From Eledone cirrhosa (lineage: Eukaryota), in assembly GCA_964016885.1 (NCBI GenBank), contig CAXHJY010001074.1, positions 1 through 31,439 of the forward strand: a DNA stretch of 31,439 bases, in the 5' to 3' direction. The translations under genes and the position numbers were made by a program. Shown piece after piece: positions 1 through 16,703 of this stretch. Every line of letters starts with the position of its first letter. The stretch's first letter is position 1. Under the pieces are notes generated by a model. It had not been told where the DNA came from, searched no databases, and worked only from the letters and a program-made list of their open reading frames with translations.

Positions 1-2051
<2,051 letters not shown>

Positions 2052-2164
2052 GGAGGTGAGTTTTATTGTAGTACAATAAAGCAATGCAGATATCGGATAA
2101 GAAGCACTCTACAGTTTGTGGGACTGGAGTATGCATAATATAAGATCAAAAGATGGTTAAAGGA

Positions 2165-2250
2165 GTTCAATATATTTTATTATGCGCATTTCAAAAACAA
2201 ACATCATTAAACAATAATATTTGTGTTTTCATCAGATAAAACAGGAGAAC
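2165..2250 (-). ncRNA. Minimal type I hammerhead ribozyme, family B
   Basis: Mirror copy of 2369-2454 (tcatcag at 2229-2235; tatgcgcatttc). Confidence 0.8.
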
Positions 2251-2368
2251 ATGATATGAAGGCTAAAAAAACACTTGTTGATAGTGCAGTTTTAAATCAA
2301 CATATCAACATATATATGTTGATTTAAAACTGCACTATCAACAAGTGTTTTTTTAGCCTTCATATCAT

Positions 2369-2454
2369 GTTCTCCTGTTTTATCTGATGAAAACACAAAT
2401 ATTATTGTTTAATGATGTTTGTTTTTGAAATGCGCATAATAAAATATATTGAAC
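2369..2454 (+). ncRNA. Minimal type I hammerhead ribozyme, family B
   Basis: tgttttat-CTGATGA(2384-2390)-stem II aaacacaaatat..atgtttgttttt-GAAA-TGCGCA-TA^ataaaata; palindromic mini stem III. Confidence 0.85.
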
Positions 2455-2508
2455 TCCTTTAACCATCTTTTGATCTTATATATATATATATATATATATT
2501 ACATATAT

Positions 2509-2604
<96 letters not shown>

Positions 2605-2615
2605 TATATATATAT

Positions 2616-2744
<129 letters not shown>

Positions 2745-2764
2745 TATATTATATATATATATTA

Positions 2765-2800
<36 letters not shown>

Positions 2801-2989
2801 GGTGTTAAAGTTTGCTTGAAGCATTGTGAAATGTGTAAAATACGTAGTTTAGAAAGCCACAACAATGCAGAGGGAAATCTCAAGGTAGGCAGTGAATGAT
2901 AGATAGGAAAAATAGGAGAAAGTGAAAATTGAGAGAGACAAAGATGAAAACAAAACAAAGATCGAAGGGTTACCGTAGTGGTGATTTAA

Positions 2990-3025
2990 TCCCAATATTT
3001 CGGGCTCACGCCCATCAACGGGGGA
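2990..3025 (-). ncRNA. Hammerhead-like variant motif, family A
   Basis: Mirror of 4382-4417. Confidence 0.5.
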
Positions 3026-3133
3026 AAGTTCCAAGAGGGGGGGAACAGGCTAAGCGGAGAAAGTTGTGATGTCGTTAAAACAGGAATGCCGTTATGGGGA
3101 GAAAATTATTTAAAATTTAAATGAGGGAAAGAA

Positions 3134-3622
3134 AGCAGGTGCTTCTTTGAAATCCCCCACCTGAGTGAATATACCACGAACGCCATCGGCAGGGCCATAC
3201 GGACGGAGGGACTTGACATACATTTGGGCCACACAGGACCTTCCCTGCGAAGATGCCTCTCCAACAAACCCGACGAGTCAGATGGGACGTGTTCCCTCAG
3301 CAACTGCCCGATACGGGGGGCAGATTGCCTACGCACCTATGTCGTATATAAGATTCAATGCGATAAATGTAACAAGTTTTACATAGGTAGCACCATCCTA
3401 CCCCTACATGTTCGTATCAAGGAACATATCAACACCAACGCATCTTCCTTCCGTAAACACATCCTTAAATGCGGAAACCCACAGGGTAGACCCTTGGTCA
3501 CAGTCCTAGCGACTGAACGCAGCATCGGATCCTTAAGGATAAAGGAAGCATTTGTTATTAAGAACCTCAGACCCCCACTTAACAACCGGGCTGAGAGAAA
3601 TGAGCTGACATGGCTAACTTAA
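3134..3622 (+). pseudogene. 5'-truncated PLE ORF: Cys linker and GIY-YIG endonuclease
   Basis: CSLSNCPI..CLRTYVVYKIQCDKCNKFYIGST..RIKEH..F..H..EA..I...P.LN; no upstream RT. Confidence 0.9.
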
Positions 3623-3654
3623 CCATAGTGACCATTCACAGCCCTCACGGCCTG

Positions 3655-4150
3655 CTATTTTCACACACACGCACGTATATGCATACCCATACGCATACAC
3701 ACACACATCTATATTTATACACGCACACATGTTTTTACAACCTACCACCTTTCACACCCTTTGATTTCCAGCTTCTACAGCCCACTATCTTTCACACACA
3801 CACGCACTCACACATATACACACACAGTTACACACACATGTATACCCATACGCTTACACACACACATCTATATTTATACACGCACACATGTTTTACAACC
3901 TACCACCTTTCACACCCTTTGATTTCCAGGTTCTACAGCCCACTATCTTTCACACACACACGCACTCACACATATACACACACAGTTACACACACATGTA
4001 TACCCATACGCTTACACACACACATCTATATTTATACACGCACACATGTTTTACAACCTACCACCTTTCACACCCTTTGATTTCCAGCTTCTACAGCCCA
4101 CTATCTTTCACACACACACTCACACATATACACACTTACACATATACACA
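3655..4150 (+). repeat. ~158-bp CA-rich tandem repeat (about 3 units) in family A 3'UTR
   Basis: ttttacaacctaccacctttcacaccc recurs near 3733, 3890 and 4048; only one unit in the 19300-19560 copy. Confidence 0.85.
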
Positions 4151-4381
4151 CACAGTTACACACACATATATATTTACACACACATATTTTACGGCTTTCA
4201 CACGCTAGCGCACCCTCTTGATTTAACCCATTTGGTCAGTAGCTTTTGCCACAGCCTATCACGCGCACGCGCATTCTTTCCCTCATTTAAATTTTATATA
4301 ATTTTCTCCCCATAACGGCATTCCTGTTTTAACGACATCACAACTTTCTCCGCTTAGCCTGTTCCCCCCCTTTTGGAACTT

Positions 4382-4417
4382 TCCCCCGTTGATGGGCGTG
4401 AGCCCGAAATATTGGGA
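4382..4417 (+). ncRNA. Hammerhead-like variant motif, family A (core CCGUUGA)
   Basis: tccc-CCGTTGA-t-gggc(gtga)gccc-GAAA-TA-TT^ggga; located in the pLTR where other families carry an HHR. Confidence 0.55.
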
Positions 4418-4590
4418 TTAAATCTCCACTACGGTAACCCTTCTACCTTTGTTTTGTTTTCATCTTTGTCTCTCTCAATTTTCACTTTCTCCTATTTCTC
4501 CTATCTATCAGAGATTTCCCTCTGCATTGTTGTGGCTTTCTAAACTACGTATTTTATATATAAATATATATATATTATATCGGAATAACG

Positions 4591-4626
<36 letters not shown>

Positions 4627-4630
4627 ATTA

Positions 4631-5300
<670 letters not shown>

Positions 5301-5316
5301 GTATATGTATATATAT

Positions 5317-5348
<32 letters not shown>

Positions 5349-5397
5349 GTATATGTATATATATTATATATATGTATATATATATATATCTATATGT

Positions 5398-5941
5398 CTA
5401 TCCAACTCTAAATCAAGAAACTATTATTCCTATTATTCCTATCGCAAACAACTTCTCCAATCCAATTCCTTCTATAGATAACACTAGATCACTCATTAAT
5501 AATCTCTCTAATTGCAACTGCCGCATTAAAAATAAATGTCCTCTCAACAACCATTGTCTCGATAAAAACTTAATTTATGAATGTAAAATTATAACTAGCT
5601 CCAATTCCTTCACCTATTTTGGCTCCACTTCCACCTCTTTTAAAGCTCGTCTCTATAATCATCATTCATCTTTCAAATACAAACTTAAAAGAACTAACAC
5701 TGCTCTCTCAGAACTCATATGGTCTTTAAAAGACAAAAACATTAAATATACCATCTTTTGGAAGAAGATTTCTTCTGCATCCTCATACTTGAACAGCTCT
5801 CTATCTAAAATCTGTAATCTCTGCCTAAATGAAAAATTTACCATTATCTCTAACCTAGATTCTATAATAAATAGACGCACAGATTTGTTTTCTATCTGCC
5901 TGCATAAATTCCATAGAACTTTTCACAAAGTATACAGTTAA
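5398..5941 (+). pseudogene. Truncated PLE GIY-YIG endonuclease (Hydra-type Cys pattern)
   Basis: [57 protein letters not shown]. Confidence 0.85.
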
Positions 5942-6953
5942 TATTCAATTCTTTATCAATTTAGAATCTTTTCTCAAAGGCACATATACATACACCTCTT
6001 TAAAATATACCCATCTACCTTACTTTAAAGGGCATTATACACTCTATAATACTTGTTTACTCATTACCCTCATTCTATCTTCACCTTGTAAAATCATAAC
6101 ATATATATTTGTTGTTTTGACATTAAGAATATTCATCCGCAATCATTATTATTTTTTCTCTCTATCATAAATCTTTTTAATCTCAATTTCATCCTTAATT
6201 TATTATTATTTTTTTCTCCCCATCAACGAATTCATTATTAATACATATTAACTCTTTATTCGCATATATTATCAATTCCTTCAATATACAAACTTTAACT
6301 TCACATTATTTTTCTCAAATCCTTCTACACACAAACCTTAATTTTTCTCTTCGTTAATTTTGAAATTGCCACAATACATACATTTCTTTTTTTGACGTTA
6401 GAATATTCATCCACAATTATTATTTTTTTCTCTCTATCTTCATACATAATTTCCGTTCGTTAATTTTCAAATTCCTTTAATTTATACATTATCTTCCAAC
6501 GGTTCCCAACCTCTCTATGTTAAAACAATATATCTTTTTCTCAGTTATAAAAACTATCTCTTTCTCTCTATCACCCATCTCTCCCTCTCCACCTTCACTC
6601 TCATCTCCTCCCCTTTTTTTCATCCTTTCCACCCCCCCCTCCCTAAATAAAATATTTTTTCCTCGCACATATCCTCCCTTCGTTAATTTTCAAAATTTTT
6701 AATTTATACATTATCTTCCAACGGTTTTCAACCTCTCTATATAAAACAATATATCTCCTCTCAGTTATAAAAACTATCTCTTTCTCTCTATCACCCATCT
6801 CTCCCTCTCATCTCCTTCCCTTTTCATCCTTTCCACCTCACCCCCTCTCTAAATAAAATATTTTTCCCAATATCACACATCAATCTAAAACCACTTTTCA
6901 TATGTTGATTTAAAACTGCACTATCCACAAGTGTTTTTTAGCCTTCATATCAT

Positions 6954-7039
6954 GTTCTCCTGTTTTATCTGATGAAAACACAAATATTATTGCATGATGA
7001 TGTTTGTTTTTGAAATGCGCATAATAAAATACATGGAAC
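6954..7039 (+). ncRNA. Minimal type I hammerhead ribozyme, family B
   Basis: CTGATGA 6969-6975 ... GAAA TGCGCA TA^ataaaata; stem I extension gttc/gaac. Confidence 0.85.
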
Positions 7040-7061
7040 TCCTTTAACCATCTTTTGATCT

Positions 7062-7132
<71 letters not shown>

Positions 7133-7153
7133 GTATATATATATAATATATAT

Positions 7154-7221
<68 letters not shown>

Positions 7222-7227
7222 ATATAT

Positions 7228-7287
<60 letters not shown>

Positions 7288-7293
7288 ATATAT

Positions 7294-7370
<77 letters not shown>

Positions 7371-7486
7371 ATATATTATATATATATATATTATATATAT
7401 ATATATATATATATCTTATATATATATGTATATTATATATATATGTATATTATATATATATGTATATTATATATATATATGTATAT

Positions 7487-7538
<52 letters not shown>

Positions 7539-7597
7539 AAATATTAAAAAAATAATGAATAAAACAATGAAACAGTTCCTTATATTAAACAAAAAAG

Positions 7598-7746
7598 TTC
7601 ATTATTTAACGATCGTTTCTGGGATATATATGTGTTAGAATTGGCATGTATATTTAACAGATCTATGTACAAAATTATACAAAATTATACAAACTATCAA
7701 AATTAAATATACATACCAACTCATATATATGCCGTCTTCAGAAATA
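7598..7746 (-). ncRNA. Hammerhead ribozyme with long stem II, family C (stem I clipped)
   Basis: tcttcag at 7735-7741; aacgatcgtttc near 7608-7619. Confidence 0.65.
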
Positions 7747-7748
7747 TT

Positions 7749-7898
7749 TTATTTCTGAAGACGGCATATATATGAGTTGGTATGTATATTTAATTTTGAT
7801 AGTTTGTATAATTTTGTATAATTTTGTACATAGATCTGTTAAATATACATGCCAATTCTAACACATATATATCCCAGAAACGATCGTTAAATAATGAA
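7749..7898 (+). ncRNA. Hammerhead ribozyme with long stem II, family C
   Basis: ttattt-CTGAAGA(7755-7761)-~115 nt hairpin-GAAA-CGATCG-TT^aaataa. Confidence 0.7.
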
Positions 7899-8188
7899 CT
7901 TTTTTTGTTTAATATAAGGAACTGTTTCATTGTTTTATTCATTATTTTTTTAATATTTTATCTTGACTCTGTATTCCGTTTATCTTTCACCGAAAGTGAT
8001 TTTTCATTGCATCTCTTCTTTCCATGATATCCGGATTACATTGAGTTCTTCATACGGATTGGACACTACCGTAAACTCTTGGTAGATTTATCTACATATA
8101 TTATATATATATGTATATTATATATATATATATTATATATATATGTATATTATATATATATATGTATATTATATATATATATGTATAT

Positions 8189-8314
<126 letters not shown>

Positions 8315-8506
8315 ATATATATTATATATATATATATTATATATATATATATTATATATATATATATATTATATATATTATATATATATATATTATATAT
8401 ATATATATTATATATATATATATATATTATATATATATATATTATATATATGTGTAATATGTAATATATATATATATATATATAATATATATATATGTAA
8501 TATATC

Positions 8507-8600
<94 letters not shown>

Positions 8601-8628
8601 TAATATATATATATGTAATATATATATA

Positions 8629-8714
<86 letters not shown>

Positions 8715-8728
8715 GTAATAATAATAAT

Positions 8729-8915
8729 ATTGAAGACTAAAATCCAAAGAGGGCTCGATAAGGAAAATATATATCAAATATATAAGAACCGTAGAGCAAA
8801 TATTTATTAAAATAACAGATTAAAGTTTAAGCAAAGAATCGCTGCTTTCACCTTAACGGGATCTTCTGAAACTAACAAAGTCAATCTGTAAACGCAGAAC
8901 TGGATATTTCAAAAA
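8729..8915. other. Unclassified ~190-bp island in TA, possibly a pLTR remnant
   Basis: Non-repetitive, TA-flanked, carries ctacggt on the minus strand; no ORF and no convincing HHR. Confidence 0.3.
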
Positions 8916-8947
<32 letters not shown>

Positions 8948-8963
8948 TATATAATATATATAT

Positions 8964-9041
<78 letters not shown>

Positions 9042-9101
9042 ATATATATAATATATATATATATATATAATATATATATAATATATATATAATATATATA
9101 T

Positions 9102-9132
<31 letters not shown>

Positions 9133-9200
9133 ATATATATATATATATATAATATATATATATATATATTATATATATATATATATATTATATATATATA

Positions 9201-9251
<51 letters not shown>

Positions 9252-9264
9252 ATATATTATATAT

Positions 9265-9752
9265 TAGGTATAGGATTATCCAAGATGTAGTAATGGTTAA
9301 TTACTACACTGGATATGGTTGCCGTACGGTAAGAGGTTACTCTACGAGTTATGGAAGAATTGTTGAAGAAACTTAGTTCCTGATCCTTCAGTATTCCGGA
9401 GTGTATATAAAGAATGAATAATAACAGGTAGACATCATAAAAAAGGTAATTTATTCCGTGTGCTTACAAGTGTTTCCACGGTGGTACTGCAGCCTAGTTA
9501 TGCTACGTGCAAATTCACAAGTACTTGCAGAACTCAAATATCCAATGCTGTGACCACTGTTTGACTCAGAGCAGAATGCATTCTGCTCTGAGGAAACAGT
9601 GGTCACAGCATTGGATATTTGAGTTCTGCAAGTACTTGTGAATTTGCACGTAGCATAACTAGGCTGCAGTACCACCGTGGAAACACTTGTAAGCACACGG
9701 AATAAATTACCTTTTTTATGATGTCTACCTGTTATTATTCATTCTTTATATA
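9265..9752 (-). mobile_element. Family D non-coding fold-back element (near-perfect ~350-bp palindrome plus tail)
   Basis: 9404-9578 is the reverse complement of 9579-9752, no spacer (gcagaatg|cattctgc); unique tail 9265-9403. Confidence 0.85.
9580..9703 (+). ncRNA. Hammerhead ribozyme with 85-nt stem II region, family D
   Basis: attc-tgct-CTGAGGA(9588-9594)-acagtggt..cagc..gctg..accaccgt-GAAA-CACTTG-TA^agca..gaat. Confidence 0.7.
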
Positions 9753-9755
9753 TAT

Positions 9756-9787
<32 letters not shown>

Positions 9788-9791
9788 ATAT

Positions 9792-9886
<95 letters not shown>

Positions 9887-9944
9887 ATATATATTATATA
9901 TATATATATATATTATATATATATACATATATATATTATATATA

Positions 9945-9991
<47 letters not shown>

Positions 9992-10054
9992 ATATATATT
10001 ATATATATATATATTATATATATATATATATATTATATATATATATTATATATA

Positions 10055-10130
10055 CGTTATTCCGGGTTGAATCGGAGGTAACCACAGTAAGTAAGGTACT
10101 CAATACATAGCAGAGTATAACAGATAAATA
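10055..10130 (-). other. Short island, probable extreme end of another TA-targeting element
   Basis: Terminal cgttattccg is the exact reverse complement of the 10-nt island cggaataacg at 4581-4590. Confidence 0.35.
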
Positions 10131-10152
10131 TATTATATATATATATATATAT

Positions 10153-10184
<32 letters not shown>

Positions 10185-10569
10185 ATATATTATATATATA
10201 TATATTATATATATATATATTATATATATATATTTTATATATATATATATATTATATATATATATATTATATATATATATTACATATTACATATATATAT
10301 ATTATATATATATTACATATATATATATTATATATATATATATTACATATATATATTACATATATATATATTAATATATATATATATATATATTATATAG
10401 ATATATTACATATATATATATTATATATATATATATATTACATATATATATATTATATATATATATATATTATATATATATATATATATTATATGTATAT
10501 ATTACATATATATATATTATATATATATATATATATTATATATATATATTACATATATATATAGACAGG

Positions 10570-10631
10570 AGGGGTAATTAGCCTGGATAAGCTTCAACCA
10601 AAGCGAAACAAGACTTGTCGGCTTATCTCCC
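10570..10631 (+). ncRNA. Hammerhead variant (core UGGAUAA) in a ~200-bp island (10563-10760)
   Basis: agcc-TGGATAA-gctt(caacca)aagc-GAAA-caag(a)cttg-TC^ggct; U3-A8 replaces C3-G8. Confidence 0.65.
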
Positions 10632-10773
10632 GCTTATCTTGTCGGCTTATCTCCCCTGTTTGCTGAGATCAAAGTAAGTGAATTTGTCACTACTTTAAAA
10701 CAATAGCTTACGGTCTTCAAAATGCTTTTAATTAAGCATAAAGTGTATTGCAAAATACATTATATATACATCC

Positions 10774-10774
<1 letters not shown>

Positions 10775-10851
<77 letters not shown>

Positions 10852-10886
10852 ATATATGTATATATATGTATATATATGTATATATG

Positions 10887-10977
<91 letters not shown>

Positions 10978-10980
10978 GTA

Positions 10981-11027
<47 letters not shown>

Positions 11028-11130
11028 GTATATATATGTATATATATATGTATATATATATATATGTATATATATGTATATATGTATATGTATATATATA
11101 TGTATATGTATATATATATATGTATATATG

Positions 11131-11168
<38 letters not shown>

Positions 11169-11205
11169 TGTATATGTATATATATGTATATATGTATATA
11201 TATAT

Positions 11206-11281
<76 letters not shown>

Positions 11282-11302
11282 GTATATATATATATATGTA
11301 TA

Positions 11303-11335
<33 letters not shown>
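10775..11335. repeat. (TA)n array with TATG interruptions
   Basis: Direct reading; same variant and polarity as 15124-16650. Confidence 0.9.
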
Positions 11336-11344
<9 letters not shown>

Positions 11345-11389
11345 TAAACAAATAATGAATAAACAATTCCTTATATTAAACAAAAAAAG

Positions 11390-11544
11390 TTCATTATTTA
11401 ACGATCGTTTCTAGGATATATATGTGTTATAATTGGTATGCATATTCAACAGATCTATGTACAAAATTATACAAAATTATACAAATTATCAAGATTAAAT
11501 ATACATACCAAACACATATATACGCCGTCTTCAGAAATAATGAA
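11390..11544 (-). ncRNA. Hammerhead ribozyme with 116-nt stem II, family C
   Basis: Mirror of 14780-14934. Confidence 0.75.
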
Positions 11545-12988
11545 GTATATTTATTGATAATAACAACAATTCAAAATTTCAGTTCAAAATTGACCAATGA
11601 AAACACAAAGGGTTAAATGCAGTTCGGTGTGTGTATATACATGTAAAACCCTTACACATATTTTACAAAAATGTATGTATAATTTGTATACGCATACTAA
11701 AAGGATGGATGCAAATACAAAATTTCAAGGTTAATATCTCTGTAAGCTTACAATGCGCAGATAAGATGCGCATTGATACTTATGGAGTCAAGTATATAAA
11801 TATATTTTTTCATACTCACACATATCAGTACAATCACACATACACGCGCGTATATGCATAAATATACACATAACCACGAACATACAAACACACACACACC
11901 CCCACTCACATTTATATATGTGGATATAAAATCATAAGCACATGGATATTAATTCACTCACATAAAACACTGGCACACACATTTTTAGATCAAGATACAG
12001 AAATTAGGTAGGAGGGGGGGGAGGGGTCAGTATTCAACTGTATGAGACGACTGCCTAATATAAATGTATCTATAAATTAAGAAAAATAAAAAAATAAAAC
12101 AATAAAATATAATAAATATAATATAATATACATACACATACAGATATATACACATACATACATGTACGCACACATAGAAATATTTACGCATACACACATA
12201 CACACATACATATACAGTCATACACACACATACACTTACACGAACATACACATACACATATATAAAGATATATATATACACACACACACACACGCAACAC
12301 ATACACACATACATATATATATAAAAAATACACAGTTCTTGTTTGTCGTATTTCCTAGCACTGAAAATATGTAAGAACATACATTGGATAAAGATATGGA
12401 AAATATTCTATGTCTCTTGAAACATATATTTACTTTGATCCCCTTCTCCAAACCCCCCCTTTCCCCCATACTATTATCATCTATATTTGTAAGCGTCTAT
12501 GTATGAATATATATGTAGGTAGGTGTCTATATAGGTTTGGGTATTTATATCTAAATATAAAAATACATATATGCGCATGCAAATATGAATGTAAGATTGC
12601 GTGTGTATATATGAGTGTGTATATGTATGTATATATGTGTATATATGCATTATATATGTATGTGTATGTGAATGTGTGTACGTATATGTGTATGTATGTG
12701 TATATATGTGTATATATGTGTATGCATGTATATGTAAGAATATATATATGTATATATATATGTATATGTATATGCGTGTGTATGTATGTGTGTGTATGTG
12801 TGTTGTATATATATGTATGTCTCTCTATTTATATGTTTATCTTCGTATCTATGTGATATATATGTGTGTGTGTGCACGTATGCATATGTATGTGTTTATG
12901 TGTATTTGTGTGTGTGTGTGTATATATGTGTATGTGCGCACACACACATATATATATGTGAGTGTGTATATGTGTCTGTGTATATGTA

Positions 12989-13040
<52 letters not shown>

Positions 13041-13130
13041 TGTCTATGTGTGAATATATGTCTTTATTCGTATGTGTGTATTTATGTATGTATATGTTTA
13101 TATGTATGTATGTATATGTATGTATGTATG

Positions 13131-13170
<40 letters not shown>

Positions 13171-13302
13171 TGTATATTATTCTTTATTATTATAATATAA
13201 CTTATGTGTATGTGTGTATAAGTGAGGTTGTGTATGTGTATATAATATGTGTATATATAAGTGTAAAAAAATATATATATATATGTGCATGTCTGTTTTT
13301 TA

Positions 13303-13334
<32 letters not shown>

Positions 13335-13335
13335 C

Positions 13336-13372
<37 letters not shown>

Positions 13373-13462
13373 TATATGTGGGTGTTTGTATGTGTATTTA
13401 TGGTGGTATGAGTGTGTGGATATCTATGTGTATATATATATATATATATATGTATGAGTGTA

Positions 13463-13495
<33 letters not shown>

Positions 13496-13798
13496 GTGTA
13501 TATATATATATATATATATACGTGTATGTATGTGTGTATATATATATATCTCTATTAATGCGTGTGTGTATGTATATACATATGCCTTTTTATTATTATT
13601 TTTATTTGTATGTCTGAGTTAGGTAAGGTTGTAGTGTTTTTTATGTATATACGCATATATGGATGCGTATGTATTTGTATATATGAGTATAAGTAAGTGC
13701 ATATGTATGTATGATTGTATATCTAATTCTATGTATGAATATACATCTATATATATATGTGTGTATGTATGTTGTGTGTGTATGTATCTATATGTCTA

Positions 13799-13843
<45 letters not shown>

Positions 13844-13922
13844 CGATGTGCGTATATGTATGTACATGTATGTACATGTATGTGTGTATGTATGTGTATG
13901 TATATTTAGATGTATGTGTATG

Positions 13923-13961
<39 letters not shown>

Positions 13962-14779
13962 ATATATATGTAGGTATATATCTTTATTATTTATTTTTTA
14001 TATATATATGTATGTGTGTATGTGTTGCGTGTGTGTGTGTGTGTATATATATATCTTTATATATGTGTATGTGTATGTTCGTGTAAGTGTATGTGTGTGT
14101 ATGACTGTATATGTATGTGTGTATGTGTGTATGCGTAAATATTTCTATGTGTGCGTACATGTATGTATGTGTATATATCTGTATGTGTATGTATATTATA
14201 TTATATTTATTATATTTTATTGTTTTATTTTTTTATTTTTCTTAATTTATAGATACATTTATATTAGGCAGTCGTCTCATACAGTTGAATACTGACCCCT
14301 CCCCCCCCCCTCCTACCTAATTTCTGTATCTTGATCTAAAAATGTGTGTGCCAGTGTTTTATGTGAGTGAATTAATATCCATGTGCTTATGATTTTATAT
14401 CCACATATATAAATGTGAGTGGGGGTGTGTGTGTGTTTGTATGTTCGTGGTTATGTGTATATTTATGCATATACGCGCGTGTATGTGTGATTGTACTGAT
14501 ATGTGTGAGTATGAAAAAATATATTTATATACTTGACTCCATAAGTATCAATGCGCATCTTATCTGCGCATTGTAAGCTTACAGAGATATTAACCTTGAA
14601 ATTTTGTATTTGCATCCATCCTTTTAGTATGCGTATACAAATTATACATACATTTTTGTAAAATATGTGTAAGGGTTTTACATGTATATACACACACCGA
14701 ACTGCATTTAACCCTTTGTGTTTTCATTGGTCAATTTTGAACTGAAATTTTGAATTGTTGTTATTATCAATAAATATAC

Positions 14780-14934
14780 TTCATTATTTCTGAAGACGGC
14801 GTATATATGTGTTTGGTATGTATATTTAATCTTGATAATTTGTATAATTTTGTATAATTTTGTACATAGATCTGTTGAATATGCATACCAATTATAACAC
14901 ATATATATCCTAGAAACGATCGTTAAATAATGAA
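14780..14934 (+). ncRNA. Hammerhead ribozyme with 116-nt stem II, family C
   Basis: Perfect 10-bp stem I ttcattattt/aaataatgaa; CTGAAGA 14790-14796; GAAA 14913-14916; palindromic CGATCG; site GUU. Confidence 0.8.
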
Positions 14935-15122
14935 CTTTTTTTGTTTAATATAAGGAATTGTTTATTCATTATTTGTTTAATATTTTATCTTGACTCTGTA
15001 TACCGTTTATCTTTCACCGAAAGTGGTTTTTCATTACATCTCTTCTTTCCATGATATCCGGAATACATTGAGTTCTTCATACGGATTGGACACTACCGTA
15101 AACTCTTGGTAGATTTATCTAC

Positions 15123-16703
<1,581 letters not shown>

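Larger units (their letters stand above)
2049..2479. mobile_element. PLE family B pLTR fold-back palindrome (long minus arm, short plus arm)
   Basis: ~2140-2305 is the reverse complement of ~2313-2479, centre tcaacatatatatgttga; sequence matches family B 3' ends at 6900-7065 and 23120-23380. Confidence 0.9.
2797..4555 (+). mobile_element. PLE family A fragment: inverted pLTR (2797-3133, minus) joined to GIY-YIG end, 3'UTR and pLTR (3134-4555, plus)
   Basis: ~2835-3133 is the reverse complement of ~4273-4555; both parts match the longer copy at 18916-20075. Confidence 0.9.
5398..7065 (+). mobile_element. PLE family B 3' fragment (GIY-YIG, long 3'UTR, pLTR)
   Basis: Endonuclease ORF, then pyrimidine-rich UTR with ~223-bp internal duplication (6458/6681), then the HHR-bearing repeat. 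Confidence 0.9.
7536..8097 (+). mobile_element. Family C non-coding fold-back element (~211-bp arms, 3-nt spacer, plus tail)
   Basis: 7536-7746 is the reverse complement of 7750-7961; tail 7962-8097 matches 14989-15123. Confidence 0.9.
11336..15123 (+). mobile_element. Family C 3.8-kb element: ~1-kb inverted arms around a 1.66-kb TG/TA-rich spacer, plus tail
   Basis: 11336-12330 is the reverse complement of 13992-14988; mirrored identical ORFs 11422/14902 and 11631/14693 both sum to 26324. Confidence 0.9.

Noticed and set aside
3655-4150. CRISPR-like or functional array
   Set aside because: Whole 158-bp units repeat without unique spacers; a simple UTR tandem duplication.
8840-8880. Minus-strand CAGAAGA..GAAA possible hammerhead
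   Set aside because: Weak stem II and no UH cleavage site in register.
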